Both the position numbers and the translations under genes were made by a program. Shown here one piece after another: positions 1-8,836 of a stretch of DNA of 40,824 nt; within the stretch, counting starts at the first letter, position 1; every line of letters starts with the position of its first letter. Source of the DNA: a virus (lineage: Duplodnaviria > Caudoviricetes). The notes beneath the pieces are model-generated. The model saw only the letters and a list, made by a program, of their open reading frames with translations, had not been told where the DNA came from and made no database searches. The stretch spans positions 1 to 40,824 of IMG/VR virus record IMGVR_UViG_3300044724_001955; one strand, 5' to 3'.

Positions 1-428
1 CCTAAAGTTCCAGCAACCGTGGCGTTGACATCGACATCCAAAGTATCAATGTGAGCTGTTCCATCCAAAAATAAATCTTTAAACTCCAGTGAGGATGTCC
101 CAAGATCAATATCATTGTTAGTAACAGGAACAATAGCACCATCTTGGATGCGAAGCTGTTCCACTGTGCCGCTTGAAACTTGTACATAAAAGCCCCACCT
201 ATTATTTGTGTTGTCTACAACAATCTTGTTTAAAAAGTCTATGTCACCAATCTGCGGAATGTTACCGCCTTGACCACTAGAACCATCGTGCTTGTGTCCA
301 GTAGAGCTGTCACTGCTTGCAGAGTATGCAAAAGCGTTTACTACTTGGTTAAATTCATTGTTAAATAAAGCCGCTGTAATTGTATCGCCATCAGCAAACG
401 AACTTTGTCTTGTATAATTCTGAGCCAT
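1..428 (-). CDS. Tail fibre/tail spike protein, N-terminal part (runs off window start; absent from ORF track)
   Basis: ATG at 428 opens a frame with no stop to base 1 (MAQNYTRQSSFADGDTITAALFNNEFNQVVNAF...GHKHDGS...DIDLGTSSLEFKDLFLDG). It lies directly after the tail tubular genes. Confidence 0.75.
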   Translation of the reverse strand, partial: MAQNYTRQSSFADGDTITAALFNNEFNQVVNAFAYSASSDSSTGHKHDGSSGQGGNIPQIGDIDFLNKIVVDNTNNRWGFYVQVSSGTVEQLRIQDGAIVPVTNNDIDLGTSSLEFKDLFLDGTAHIDTLDVDVNATVAGTL

Positions 429-432
429 TAAT

Positions 433-2028
433 TTATCTCCTGCCTGAAGGCATATAATCTATGTAAATACCGTTTACAGCGTATGATGGTTTTTGATCGT
501 CGCTAAAAATTCTAAAGCTACATGTATGTCCAGAGCCTTCCAATGTAAGACGCTCCATAGGGTCACTGGTTGCTCCAAAGGTTACAGCATTAAATACTGC
601 TGTTCCAAAAATAGCAGGTAGTGCAATTGTAGCTATAGAAAAAGGTTCTGGTTGAGGTATGTTAGGATCTTCATAATCATAACGTACCCTAAAACTAGGA
701 AGAACTTCTCCTTCAGGACTAAAAGAAACTCTAGCATACTTCAAAGTTTTTCTAGTTCCCACATCACCAAAGTCAAAGTCAGGAGTTTGGTAAACTGATG
801 AAATATTAGTAGCCTCTCCTGCATTATAGAAAGAAGTACCTGCTGCATGGTTGTAAATATAACCATCTTTGTCACCATGATATACTTTTTCTACTCCATC
901 CGCATCTAAGTCAGAAATAATACCCAGTGCCTGAATGCCTAGTGTTTCTGACCATTCAAAACCATTAGAGGTTAATGTTCCAATAATACCTTTAGCAACT
1001 GAAGGACTTTCAGTATTAGTAGTATAAAATAATCTGTACTGAGACTTACTTCTTAAAACTGCGCTAGTAATAATAAAACCAGAGTTAGCTGCTACATCTT
1101 TTAATATTTCTTGTATTTGTCTGCTAACAGAGCTTAACTCTACGTCACCAATTCTTGCTGTACCTGCCACAGTACGGACACCATCAGGTGCAAGAAATAA
1201 AACATCACCACCAATTTCTTGTATGCTTCCGTGAGATAAACAACCTACATTAGTTGTAATAGGCGTAACTGCTATGTTAGTAGGATCGTTAATGTTAGAA
1301 AGCTTGTGAATACTATTTTTACAGAAAATAATTAAATCACCACGAAAGCTTGCTAGTCCTACAACAGCGTCAGAAATTACTACGCTACCTGATCCTGCAC
1401 TACTAAAACTATCTATATGATTTGTACCACTATAGTATACAGTATTTTTAGATGACGCATCACCAGCAACTACAAGATGTTTATCATGTATAACTGCTAT
1501 TGCAGGGCCTACAGTGCTGCTTACAGTAATCTCTTTAGCAAAAAAGGTTCTAGAGCTTAAACCCGCTGTTCCTGTCATCTGAAATAAAAATGGCTCATTC
1601 ACTCCGTCACAGATTACAATTTGCCCGTAATCTGAAGTACCCTCATAGATTGCAAAAGTACAGCGTCCCTGATTTGTTCTATCGGCATTTGCACGGCTGT
1701 TAAAAGTTCCGTAGTCATCACCGCTACTATGAACATCAGCCTTGTTGATTTGCATCCATGTTTCTTCACCATCAATACTAAAAAATATACCAGTGCCTGA
1801 ACAAACAATAACGCCATCAGCATATACAGCCATGCCTAATACTGCTTCACTGCCGTTTGGTTTTGTGTCACCAAATGGTGTAAAGCCGTCAATGCGCCTG
1901 TAGCCGCCATCAGGATCTACTTCAAAGTTACGAAGCCTTGTAGCTTGTCCCGGCTGCTGAAGCATTTCAAGCTGATTTAGGTTGACGTTTAAACCGCCTT
2001 TACAAGAATATCCCCAAGGCTGAGACAT
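433..2028 (-). CDS. Tail tubular protein B / nozzle (T7 gp12- or P22 gp10-like)
   Basis: 531 aa, beta-rich, N-terminal GGLN and GYRRIDG, VGCLSHGSIQEIGGDVLFLAPDGVR motif; follows the adaptor gene. Confidence 0.75.
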   Translation of the reverse strand: MSQPWGYSCKGGLNVNLNQLEMLQQPGQATRLRNFEVDPDGGYRRIDGFTPFGDTKPNGSEAVLGMAVYADGVIVCSGTGIFFSIDGEETWMQINKADVHSSGDDYGTFNSRANADRTNQGRCTFAIYEGTSDYGQIVICDGVNEPFLFQMTGTAGLSSRTFFAKEITVSSTVGPAIAVIHDKHLVVAGDASSKNTVYYSGTNHIDSFSSAGSGSVVISDAVVGLASFRGDLIIFCKNSIHKLSNINDPTNIAVTPITTNVGCLSHGSIQEIGGDVLFLAPDGVRTVAGTARIGDVELSSVSRQIQEILKDVAANSGFIITSAVLRSKSQYRLFYTTNTESPSVAKGIIGTLTSNGFEWSETLGIQALGIISDLDADGVEKVYHGDKDGYIYNHAAGTSFYNAGEATNISSVYQTPDFDFGDVGTRKTLKYARVSFSPEGEVLPSFRVRYDYEDPNIPQPEPFSIATIALPAIFGTAVFNAVTFGATSDPMERLTLEGSGHTCSFRIFSDDQKPSYAVNGIYIDYMPSGRR

Positions 2029-2795
2029 TAAACAAATCTCATTCTGTCATCTTTGAAATAGCCGGGAGCTGGTTCCATAAGATGAAGGCGCATAAGTTTT
2101 AAGCCACGCTTATAATCTTCTAGCGCAAATGCAGCAGCTTGTGAGTTTTCTTTAAACTGGTGCATGTAGTATCTAGCCCTTGCTAACAGTACAGGCTTGT
2201 AAGTGTCTGCAAATACAATAGCATCTCCAAAAGCATCAAGCTCTGTAGGAAGGTCATAGGCATAAAACCAAATACGATATACTTTATCAGGGATGGCGCT
2301 TAAACCAAACTTACGGCTGTCTGGGCTGCGTATTACGCGGGAAGGAACACCATACTGTTGGGTGTCTGAAGCGTCTTTGTTCTGAGAAACTCTAAAGAAG
2401 TCTTTCCACTCTTCAGTAGTCGTGTACTTTAGGTTACGGATAGTGTGTGGAGCTGTTTCGCCAGAAACACCAACAGTTGTTAGAAGAAAGTTATCCCAAT
2501 CAATATAACCGTAATCAGTTGTCATGCTGCTAGAAGAGGGCTTTAACTCGTACCAACGAGTACCAGCTACTGTTTCTACATACGCATTTCCGTACATGTG
2601 ATCTGTAGCACCGCTTTCAGCAGTAGCTAAAAAAGGCCACTGAGGTTCTTCGTTAACAATGTCTAAATAGCTTCTGTTAATACAGTCTTTAGCGTGTTGC
2701 TGAACACCGATAGCATTTGCAAAAGTAGCTGAAGTTAAAGCAACCTCATTCAACTCTCGCAGCAACTCATTTGTTAACGTAAGAAATGTTGCCAT
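2028..2795 (-). CDS. Tail tubular protein A / head-tail adaptor
   Basis: 255 aa; N-terminus TFLTLTNELLRELNE and a QWPF motif typical of podovirus adaptors; lies between MCP and nozzle. Confidence 0.75.
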   Translation of the reverse strand: MATFLTLTNELLRELNEVALTSATFANAIGVQQHAKDCINRSYLDIVNEEPQWPFLATAESGATDHMYGNAYVETVAGTRWYELKPSSSSMTTDYGYIDWDNFLLTTVGVSGETAPHTIRNLKYTTTEEWKDFFRVSQNKDASDTQQYGVPSRVIRSPDSRKFGLSAIPDKVYRIWFYAYDLPTELDAFGDAIVFADTYKPVLLARARYYMHQFKENSQAAAFALEDYKRGLKLMRLHLMEPAPGYFKDDRMRFV

Positions 2796-2797
2796 TA

Positions 2798-2938
2798 TTA
2801 GTGTGCCTTTTGAATTGTGAAGTTAGCTTTTTTGCTTGCACCTTTATGAGGCTTAAACCCTTCTTTAGGATCTTTCATTAGCTTTTGAATTTTACCAACC
2901 TTCATCCAATGATAACCTTTAGGAGCGTCTACTTTCAT
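2798..2938 (-). CDS. Small basic hypothetical protein (46 aa, below track cut-off)
   Basis: MKVDAPKGYHWMKVGKIQKLMKDPKEGFKPHKGASKKANFTIQKAH fills the gap exactly; its start overlaps the upstream stop (TAATG). Confidence 0.7.
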   Translation of the reverse strand: MKVDAPKGYHWMKVGKIQKLMKDPKEGFKPHKGASKKANFTIQKAH

Positions 2939-3129
2939 TAGTAAGTTACGCTTTTATTCTTACCGGCCATTGCGCTACAAGCTTTTTCCATAGCAGCAAT
3001 ATCAGCTTTACCGCCCATAGCTTTACCACCATGAGCATAGCCACCACGGGGTTCAGCCATTTTCTTTTTCATTTGACCTTGCATCTTATCTGTCATGCTA
3101 TAACCACCCATCATGTACTTATCTTTCAT
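2938..3129 (-). CDS. Small Met/Lys/Gly-rich protein with repeated xxxGG motifs
   Basis: 63 aa with YMMGG, YAHGG and KAMGG; translationally coupled to both neighbours. Confidence 0.7.
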   Translation of the reverse strand: MKDKYMMGGYSMTDKMQGQMKKKMAEPRGGYAHGGKAMGGKADIAAMEKACSAMAGKNKSVTY

Positions 3130-3317
3130 TATTCTTGCTCCATGCTAAAAGTTTTAGAAGTCTCTCTAGCTATTTCTAATTCATTTTTATTACCAAAGAT
3201 ACGATCATAGTTGCTTTGATATTTATCTTTGTCAAAACCTTTACGAAAACGACTTTCTTGAGAAACAATCGCTTTCCTAAACATTACTGGATTATTATTA
3301 CTTCCTATCTGTGGCAT
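3129..3317 (-). CDS. Hypothetical protein
   Basis: 62 aa; AGGA SD upstream; KYQSNYDRIFG motif; coupled to the next gene. Confidence 0.65.
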   Translation of the reverse strand: MPQIGSNNNPVMFRKAIVSQESRFRKGFDKDKYQSNYDRIFGNKNELEIARETSKTFSMEQE

Positions 3318-3332
3318 ACATAAATCCTGTGT

Positions 3333-3361
3333 AAAAAGATTGGGGGCTTTTTACGGCCCCC
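3333..3361 (-). terminator. Intrinsic terminator after major capsid gene
   Basis: Minus strand GGGGGC-CGTAAAAA-GCCCCC followed by AATCTTTTT, just after the MCP stop. Confidence 0.7.
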
Positions 3362-3368
3362 GTTCAGT

Positions 3369-4358
3369 TTAGTCGATACCATAAAACGCTGAAACCATAG
3401 CATCTGGCCGCAGTACCTTAGCACCATATACGTGAAGACCACGTACAATGTCGCCAAAGCTATCTGGGTCACGAATGACTTCAGTGCTAGTGATGGTCTG
3501 AGCCGTAGCAGTAGCAGACATGTGACCAGCAAGACACTTACCAGCAGCGTTAGACGTTGCAGCAATGTTGTTAGTCTTATACATGTCAAAACCACGCAGC
3601 TTACCAGAGCTTACCAAACCATTACGGATGGAGCCTTGACCGGCATTGTAGTCTACTGACAAAAGCTTAGATGAGCTTTGTACGAGAATTTCGTAAAACT
3701 CAGGTGAAGCCAAGAACCAACGACCTTCTTCAGGAATATTTTGCTCGTCAAGAAGACGGGCCATACGAGAAAGAACGTCAATAGGATCATGCTCAGATGA
3801 GCCAAAGCCAATGTCCAAGTTACCAGTACCGTCAAAAGTACCAGCAGCAAGGTCGGTTGCATCGTCAGAACCAAGGATGTGGTTAGGGGTTGCAGCAGAA
3901 ACACCCGCAAACATCGTAGCAATTACGCCTTCATCAAAAGCATCACGCAAAGCGTAAGCTGCTGAAGAGGTTGCTACATCGCGGAAGTTTACATGCGACA
4001 TGTTAGTTTCAATATCATCAACGATGAACTTGAATGCGTTAGCAGTGTCAACAACAAGACTAACTTCTTGGTCAGTCAAAGCTGTTTTAGTTATATCTGC
4101 GCCACGCTCATACTGGTAAACAGTAATGACAGGTTCCTTGATGATTCGTACAGTGTCACCATAACCAGAAATCTCACCAGCATAATCGGTGTTCGTAATA
4201 GCTTCCGCTACTGAAGACTTCCGAAAGAAGTTGAGTACCTGTTTGGAATATACTTTGGGGAGGAAAAACGAGTTCGTTTGACCTGCTACTGAATTACCAA
4301 AGTTACCGTTAGTGTCTGTACTTTGCTCAAATAGAGCGTCTGATTGGTTATAAGCCAT
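3369..4358 (-). CDS. Major capsid protein (HK97 fold, P22-coat-like podovirus family)
   Basis: 329 aa; FLPKVYSKQVL, TNTDYAGEISGYGDTVRI and FGDIVRGLHVYGAKVLRP motifs; AGGAG SD; follows scaffold. Confidence 0.9.
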   Translation of the reverse strand: MAYNQSDALFEQSTDTNGNFGNSVAGQTNSFFLPKVYSKQVLNFFRKSSVAEAITNTDYAGEISGYGDTVRIIKEPVITVYQYERGADITKTALTDQEVSLVVDTANAFKFIVDDIETNMSHVNFRDVATSSAAYALRDAFDEGVIATMFAGVSAATPNHILGSDDATDLAAGTFDGTGNLDIGFGSSEHDPIDVLSRMARLLDEQNIPEEGRWFLASPEFYEILVQSSSKLLSVDYNAGQGSIRNGLVSSGKLRGFDMYKTNNIAATSNAAGKCLAGHMSATATAQTITSTEVIRDPDSFGDIVRGLHVYGAKVLRPDAMVSAFYGID

Positions 4359-4384
4359 TTTATATTACTCCTAAGTAGAAAAGA

Positions 4385-5248
4385 TTATCCTCTACGAACC
4401 CTTCCCTCAATCATCGCAATATTGATTTCTTCTTCGTGTCTATCAAATTGGTCAAGGGACATTTTCGCAATTTCACTTTCTGTCCAAATCTTAGCTTCCT
4501 TAGCATCTATATTGGTTGTTTTAGTAGATACCATATCAGCAGCAGAACTTTGTGGCTGCTTACGATTTGAACGTCTTTTTTGAGTATTCTGTCCTTTCCC
4601 AGTTTCTAACTTATAAAGGTCTAACGCTTTAACAGCTAAAGTAACATTGTTTGGATTGTTATAAATCCAATCTTGTATTTGATCCGGTTGTTCCTGCGCC
4701 CATTCATGGAACGCATCATCTCCTCTGATTTGATCAAAGTCAGGATGACGTTCCTGTAGAGCTGACTCAGCTTCTCGCGCTGCAATTTCTGCTTCTCGTT
4801 GTTCAATAACAGAAAGCTTAGATCGCAATGCTTCTACTTCTTGTTGACTCCTCATGTGAGCTACAGTTTCTACCGTATCATATAGATCAGGATACTCTTG
4901 CCTAAAACGATCTAAGTCCTCTTGAGACTTAGGAGCTTGGTATTGGGGTTCAGCTACTCTAGCTTGATCCAATAGTTCTTGCTCTTTACGTTTAAATTCA
5001 GAAAGTTTCTGATCGTAATGTTTCTTTAAATCATCATAGCGTTTTTTATAATTAGTATTGGGTTCATCCTCAGAAGAAGGGGCCTTTTTACGGGTAGCCT
5101 TTTTCTGTTGAGGTTCTTCGTCTTCATCTTCCGGGTAATATAAACTTTCAGCAGCATTTAAAGATTTTTTCCTATCTTGTGTGTGCCAAGGTTTACGTGC
5201 ATTATACGGGTTTGCGACTTCTTCCTCTTCGTATGCCTGTTCGGACAT
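4385..5248 (-). CDS. Capsid scaffolding protein
   Basis: 287 aa, acidic coiled coil, YKKRYDDLK and HPDF motifs, C-terminal AMIEGRV; immediately upstream of MCP; AAGGAG SD. Confidence 0.8.
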   Translation of the reverse strand: MSEQAYEEEEVANPYNARKPWHTQDRKKSLNAAESLYYPEDEDEEPQQKKATRKKAPSSEDEPNTNYKKRYDDLKKHYDQKLSEFKRKEQELLDQARVAEPQYQAPKSQEDLDRFRQEYPDLYDTVETVAHMRSQQEVEALRSKLSVIEQREAEIAAREAESALQERHPDFDQIRGDDAFHEWAQEQPDQIQDWIYNNPNNVTLAVKALDLYKLETGKGQNTQKRRSNRKQPQSSAADMVSTKTTNIDAKEAKIWTESEIAKMSLDQFDRHEEEINIAMIEGRVRRG

Positions 5249-5339
5249 GTTACTCTCCTTTTCTACGGGGCTTGTTTTCTTGCAAGGTAGCCAATTTAAA
5301 ACGTCTTTAAAATCTGGGGCTTGTTAATACAAGGTAGCC
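5079..5339 (-). promoter_or_regulatory. Three GGCUAC-[stem-loop]-CCCC elements in the scaffold leader and 5' coding region
   Basis: Copies at 5316-5339, 5267-5292 and 5079-5099 share flanks and have different, self-complementary inner stems. Confidence 0.6.
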
Positions 5340-5354
5340 GTACTGTTGTTGTTT

Positions 5355-6602
5355 TTAGCGTCTTCCTCCCATCAGGCTTGGCATTTGATTAGCACCCAAC
5401 ATAAGTTTCTCTATTGGATCTTCATCGTTCTGCTGTGGTGTTGTAAGTGACCCATAAGGATTACTTAATAAACCGCCTTCTGCGTATCCGACTTTACCTC
5501 CACTAGCTTCTCGTTCTGCATCATCCATCATTGTTTGAAGGTTGTCTGCTCCGATTTCACTGGTGGCTTTTTCGGTGATTACAAATTCTCCATCGCTTAA
5601 TCGCGCAGGAATAGAATCTGATACACCATCTCCGGGGCCTTCGACTTTTCCAGCCCCAGAAAACTCAGAAGCAGTTGTCACAACCTTGTCGAAAATATCG
5701 CTCAGTTGTGAGTCTGCCTCTAAAGCATTCATTAAATATTCTTGTTCTGTTTCGTCTAAAGACTCATCAAGGACAAAGCCCATGTAGTCATCTTCCATTT
5801 GATCGTCTGGAACCTGTGATTCTTCTGCCATTACTTGTTCGTCAGGCGTAAAAGTATCTACAGGCATTTCAGGTTCCATACCCATTTCGGGTTCCATACT
5901 CATTTCGGGTGGCACAAGCATTGAACCGCCTTCTGCTTTTGAATCTCTAAAAGCTGAAGTTTCTGCTTCCCCTATTCTTTTTTCTTCTAAATCACCGTAG
6001 GCTTTGTTTAACTTTTCTATATCTGATTTTTTACCTTGTAAAATATTTTTAGTTTTAGATCTGCTGTACCCTAATTCTTTAGCTTGTTGAATAATACGAT
6101 CATCTTGTTCTCTAACGCTTACAAATTCAGAAAGAAAATCCACATAAGCATCGTCGTCTCCTGTTTCTTTTCTAATTTCATCTAATTGTTTTTGTTTAAA
6201 ACTAACAGCATCTCCATTAGTACTAGTTAATATTTCTTCAAAATCTTTTAGATCTCTTAACCTTCCTGATTCACCGGGGTAAGCTTCTTCACCTCTTGCA
6301 GAAGATTTAACTGCTTTTATAACTTTACTAATTACACCACCTAAAACTTTTTTATTTCTAATAGCATTTACAGCATCTAACATTTCTTTAGAATCTTTAT
6401 ACTCTTCTTGTTGTTTTAAAAGTGAATTTATTTTATTTGGCATAGCTTCTAAAGAATCCATACGAGTATCACTTTCTTTTAAACGTAGTTTTTTAGCTTG
6501 TTGTTTTTCTTTTTGTTTATTAGCTTCTTCTACTTGCTTGCTAAAAGCAGGATCACCGCCAGCATCATAATCTTTTAATTTTAATAAACTTGGATTAGCC
6601 AT
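5355..6602 (-). CDS. Head-module protein with lambda gpH-like C-terminal motif (candidate maturation protease or virion protein)
   Basis: 415 aa; GPGDGVSDSIPARLSDGEFVITEKATSEIG motif and several xxxGG motifs; lies between portal and scaffold. Confidence 0.6.
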   Translation of the reverse strand: MANPSLLKLKDYDAGGDPAFSKQVEEANKQKEKQQAKKLRLKESDTRMDSLEAMPNKINSLLKQQEEYKDSKEMLDAVNAIRNKKVLGGVISKVIKAVKSSARGEEAYPGESGRLRDLKDFEEILTSTNGDAVSFKQKQLDEIRKETGDDDAYVDFLSEFVSVREQDDRIIQQAKELGYSRSKTKNILQGKKSDIEKLNKAYGDLEEKRIGEAETSAFRDSKAEGGSMLVPPEMSMEPEMGMEPEMPVDTFTPDEQVMAEESQVPDDQMEDDYMGFVLDESLDETEQEYLMNALEADSQLSDIFDKVVTTASEFSGAGKVEGPGDGVSDSIPARLSDGEFVITEKATSEIGADNLQTMMDDAEREASGGKVGYAEGGLLSNPYGSLTTPQQNDEDPIEKLMLGANQMPSLMGGRR

Positions 6603-6825
6603 CTTTTCTCTCCATTGCTTCTTTAACGCTGTCCTTTAAACTCTCTAACTTAGCCAGAGAACTCAGCCTCCCCTGACTGCGGTACAGCTCCAGTTCCGAT
6701 GTTGCCACCGCCAGTACCTGTAGCTCCAAGCTCTTGAGGCTGTTGAGGTGCTCCTTCAGGGCCTCCCATAAGTCCGGGTTGTTCACCAGTGGGGCCAACT
6801 TCCGCGCCAGTTGCCTGTCCAACAT
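6595..6825 (-). CDS. Small helical post-portal protein overlapping the portal 3' end
   Basis: 76 aa amphipathic helices (ELYRSQGR); its stop overlaps the start of the next gene. Confidence 0.65.
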   Translation of the reverse strand: MLDRQLARKLAPLVNNPDLWEALKEHLNSLKSLELQVLAVATSELELYRSQGRLSSLAKLESLKDSVKEAMERKDG

Positions 6826-8833
6826 TATTTTGCATCCCTATAATTTGAGCCATTAGTGCTGCTTCTTCTGGATCGTTGATCAATTCATCTGGATCAAGGT
6901 CAAGACTGTAAGCAAGCTCGCTAATTAGCTTGTTCATTTTAATGAATGGTGCAATAGCAGGGTTTTGAGCAGTCTGTAAGAACATAGTCAAGCGTTGGCT
7001 ACGTACTTCCTTCTGCATTAAGCTATTAGTACCTGTGGCTTTTACTTCTAAGTCACCTTTAACATCTAACTTAGACTCTAAGAACTGCATGTTCCACTGG
7101 AAGTATGCTTCGCCCATAGGCTTTAACAAGAAATCATCAAGGTTTTTAATAACAGTCTTGATATTAAGGGATGCTGCGCCAAGTAGCATGGACATTCCTG
7201 AAGCAGTTCGCGTCATACTCTGGACACCTGTCTGACCATGAGAATAGCTTGGGATACCTGTCTGTTCATCTGCAAGCTGTCTGAATTTATCAAACATCAT
7301 CATGTTTTCCTGTGAGGTGTTAGGAAACTTCAAGCCATTAATTGCCTGTCCCGGTACTCCTGCTTGTCTTCGGAATACTTTGCCCGGAAATATCTCCATA
7401 CTTTGACCGCCCACAAGAGCAGTTTCGTCTACATCAAAGACTAATGAACCCGACAACGCTAGATTGTCAATTGCCATACGTGCATGACCATTCATGATTT
7501 TTTGAGAATCATCCATGTTCTCTGCAACACCAATACCAAAGAAACTATAAGGGTTTCTTTCGTATGGAAAGGCATGATAAGGCAACCTGAAAGGCGTAAA
7601 GGGGTTTACTACTGCTCTCAACATTTGACCATTGCAGATCCAAGCGTTAACTTGTACTTCATCTAGGTCATCTACTTCATCTGGAATGTCCATACCAACT
7701 TGGCGAGCATATTCAGCGTCAATAACTCCCCAATACTCCAGAACTTCAAACTGTCCTGCGCCAGAGGCTTCAGAACGGTGATCATCTTTTAATTCTTGTT
7801 CATAATCTTTTTCTTCATAATTAGGCCCCATCATTAAGGCTTCACGAATAGCGTCTTTGTTAAAATATGGCATCTTAGCCAACGAACGCAGCTTAGTGCG
7901 GTTCATACGGTGGCGATGAAATATATATTCTGCTTCGTTTATGGTTGTAGCGTTTGGATCAGGGAAAAAATCCCAAATGCTGACAAACTCAATACGAGGA
8001 ACGCGCACATCAATTGGAGAATATCTCCTAGATCCTTCTTCATCTTCTTCCCAACGACTTAATGTCTTATTAAAGTTAAATGGCCCCTTTACGATGCCTG
8101 TTCCAAATAGAGCAGACTCAAAAAGAGCGTTACGTATTTCGCTAGCGCCGTTAGATTCTTCAATTTGATCATGAATTAATTTCTCTAAACGTCTTGCAGC
8201 TTCTTTTGCTGGGCTAACTTCTATAGCTGCTGGATTAGGGCTGGCTCCATCTACAAGTTGATCGGATACTTCTGCTTCAATAGGAGTTTCATCAAACTTA
8301 CCAGACCCGTAAGTAGCTCCGGGCTTTAATACTTTACCATCACCCTCAAAACCTACATCAAAAGGATTTTCTTTTTCTGTTTCTGCCGCGTTTCCATCTT
8401 CAGGAGGTTGTTCATCTGAAGTTTCAATACCGGGAAGAGGATTTTGAGGATCTAGGTGAGCATATTCACTAATACCTTCTGGTATTTTAGTCTCTGAGAT
8501 GCCTATAGGAAACTTATTAGCTCCAAATATAACATCTACTAGCTGTCCAAAAGCTGCTAAAACCTTTGTTTTAGTTACTTTAACGAAAACCCTAGATTTT
8601 TCTGACTCTCTAAAGCGTACATTTTTGTCATACAAACCACGATAGTTGTGATATGCAGTTAACCAACGCTGTTCATCAATATCTCTAGTGCTTTCAGCCT
8701 GTTCGTAACGATCCATAAGAAGACCAACAAAGTTATTACGCAAAGACTCTTCTAAAGTCAATTGCATACCTTGCTCGTCTTCTACTTGTTCAAAGTATAG
8801 ACCGTTAGCTGTTAAGCTATTTTCATCTGACAT
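6650..8833 (-). CDS. Portal protein
   Basis: 727 aa following TerL; SRVFVKVTKTKV, LFGTGIVK, VSIWDFFPDP, FFGIGVAE and TRTASGMSML motifs. Confidence 0.9.
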   Translation of the reverse strand: MSDENSLTANGLYFEQVEDEQGMQLTLEESLRNNFVGLLMDRYEQAESTRDIDEQRWLTAYHNYRGLYDKNVRFRESEKSRVFVKVTKTKVLAAFGQLVDVIFGANKFPIGISETKIPEGISEYAHLDPQNPLPGIETSDEQPPEDGNAAETEKENPFDVGFEGDGKVLKPGATYGSGKFDETPIEAEVSDQLVDGASPNPAAIEVSPAKEAARRLEKLIHDQIEESNGASEIRNALFESALFGTGIVKGPFNFNKTLSRWEEDEEGSRRYSPIDVRVPRIEFVSIWDFFPDPNATTINEAEYIFHRHRMNRTKLRSLAKMPYFNKDAIREALMMGPNYEEKDYEQELKDDHRSEASGAGQFEVLEYWGVIDAEYARQVGMDIPDEVDDLDEVQVNAWICNGQMLRAVVNPFTPFRLPYHAFPYERNPYSFFGIGVAENMDDSQKIMNGHARMAIDNLALSGSLVFDVDETALVGGQSMEIFPGKVFRRQAGVPGQAINGLKFPNTSQENMMMFDKFRQLADEQTGIPSYSHGQTGVQSMTRTASGMSMLLGAASLNIKTVIKNLDDFLLKPMGEAYFQWNMQFLESKLDVKGDLEVKATGTNSLMQKEVRSQRLTMFLQTAQNPAIAPFIKMNKLISELAYSLDLDPDELINDPEEAALMAQIIGMQNNVGQATGAEVGPTGEQPGLMGGPEGAPQQPQELGATGTGGGNIGTGAVPQSGEAEFSG

Positions 8834-8836
8834 ATA

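Noticed and set aside
2-187. 61-aa ORF in the track
   Set aside because: Out-of-frame shadow of the longer tail-fibre frame starting at 428.
1614-8168. Short nested or antisense ORFs (1614, 3305, 3432, 3653, 3993, 4344, 5542, 7035, 7484, 7941)
   Set aside because: They lie within well-supported structural genes, with no recognisable motif or gene-like context.
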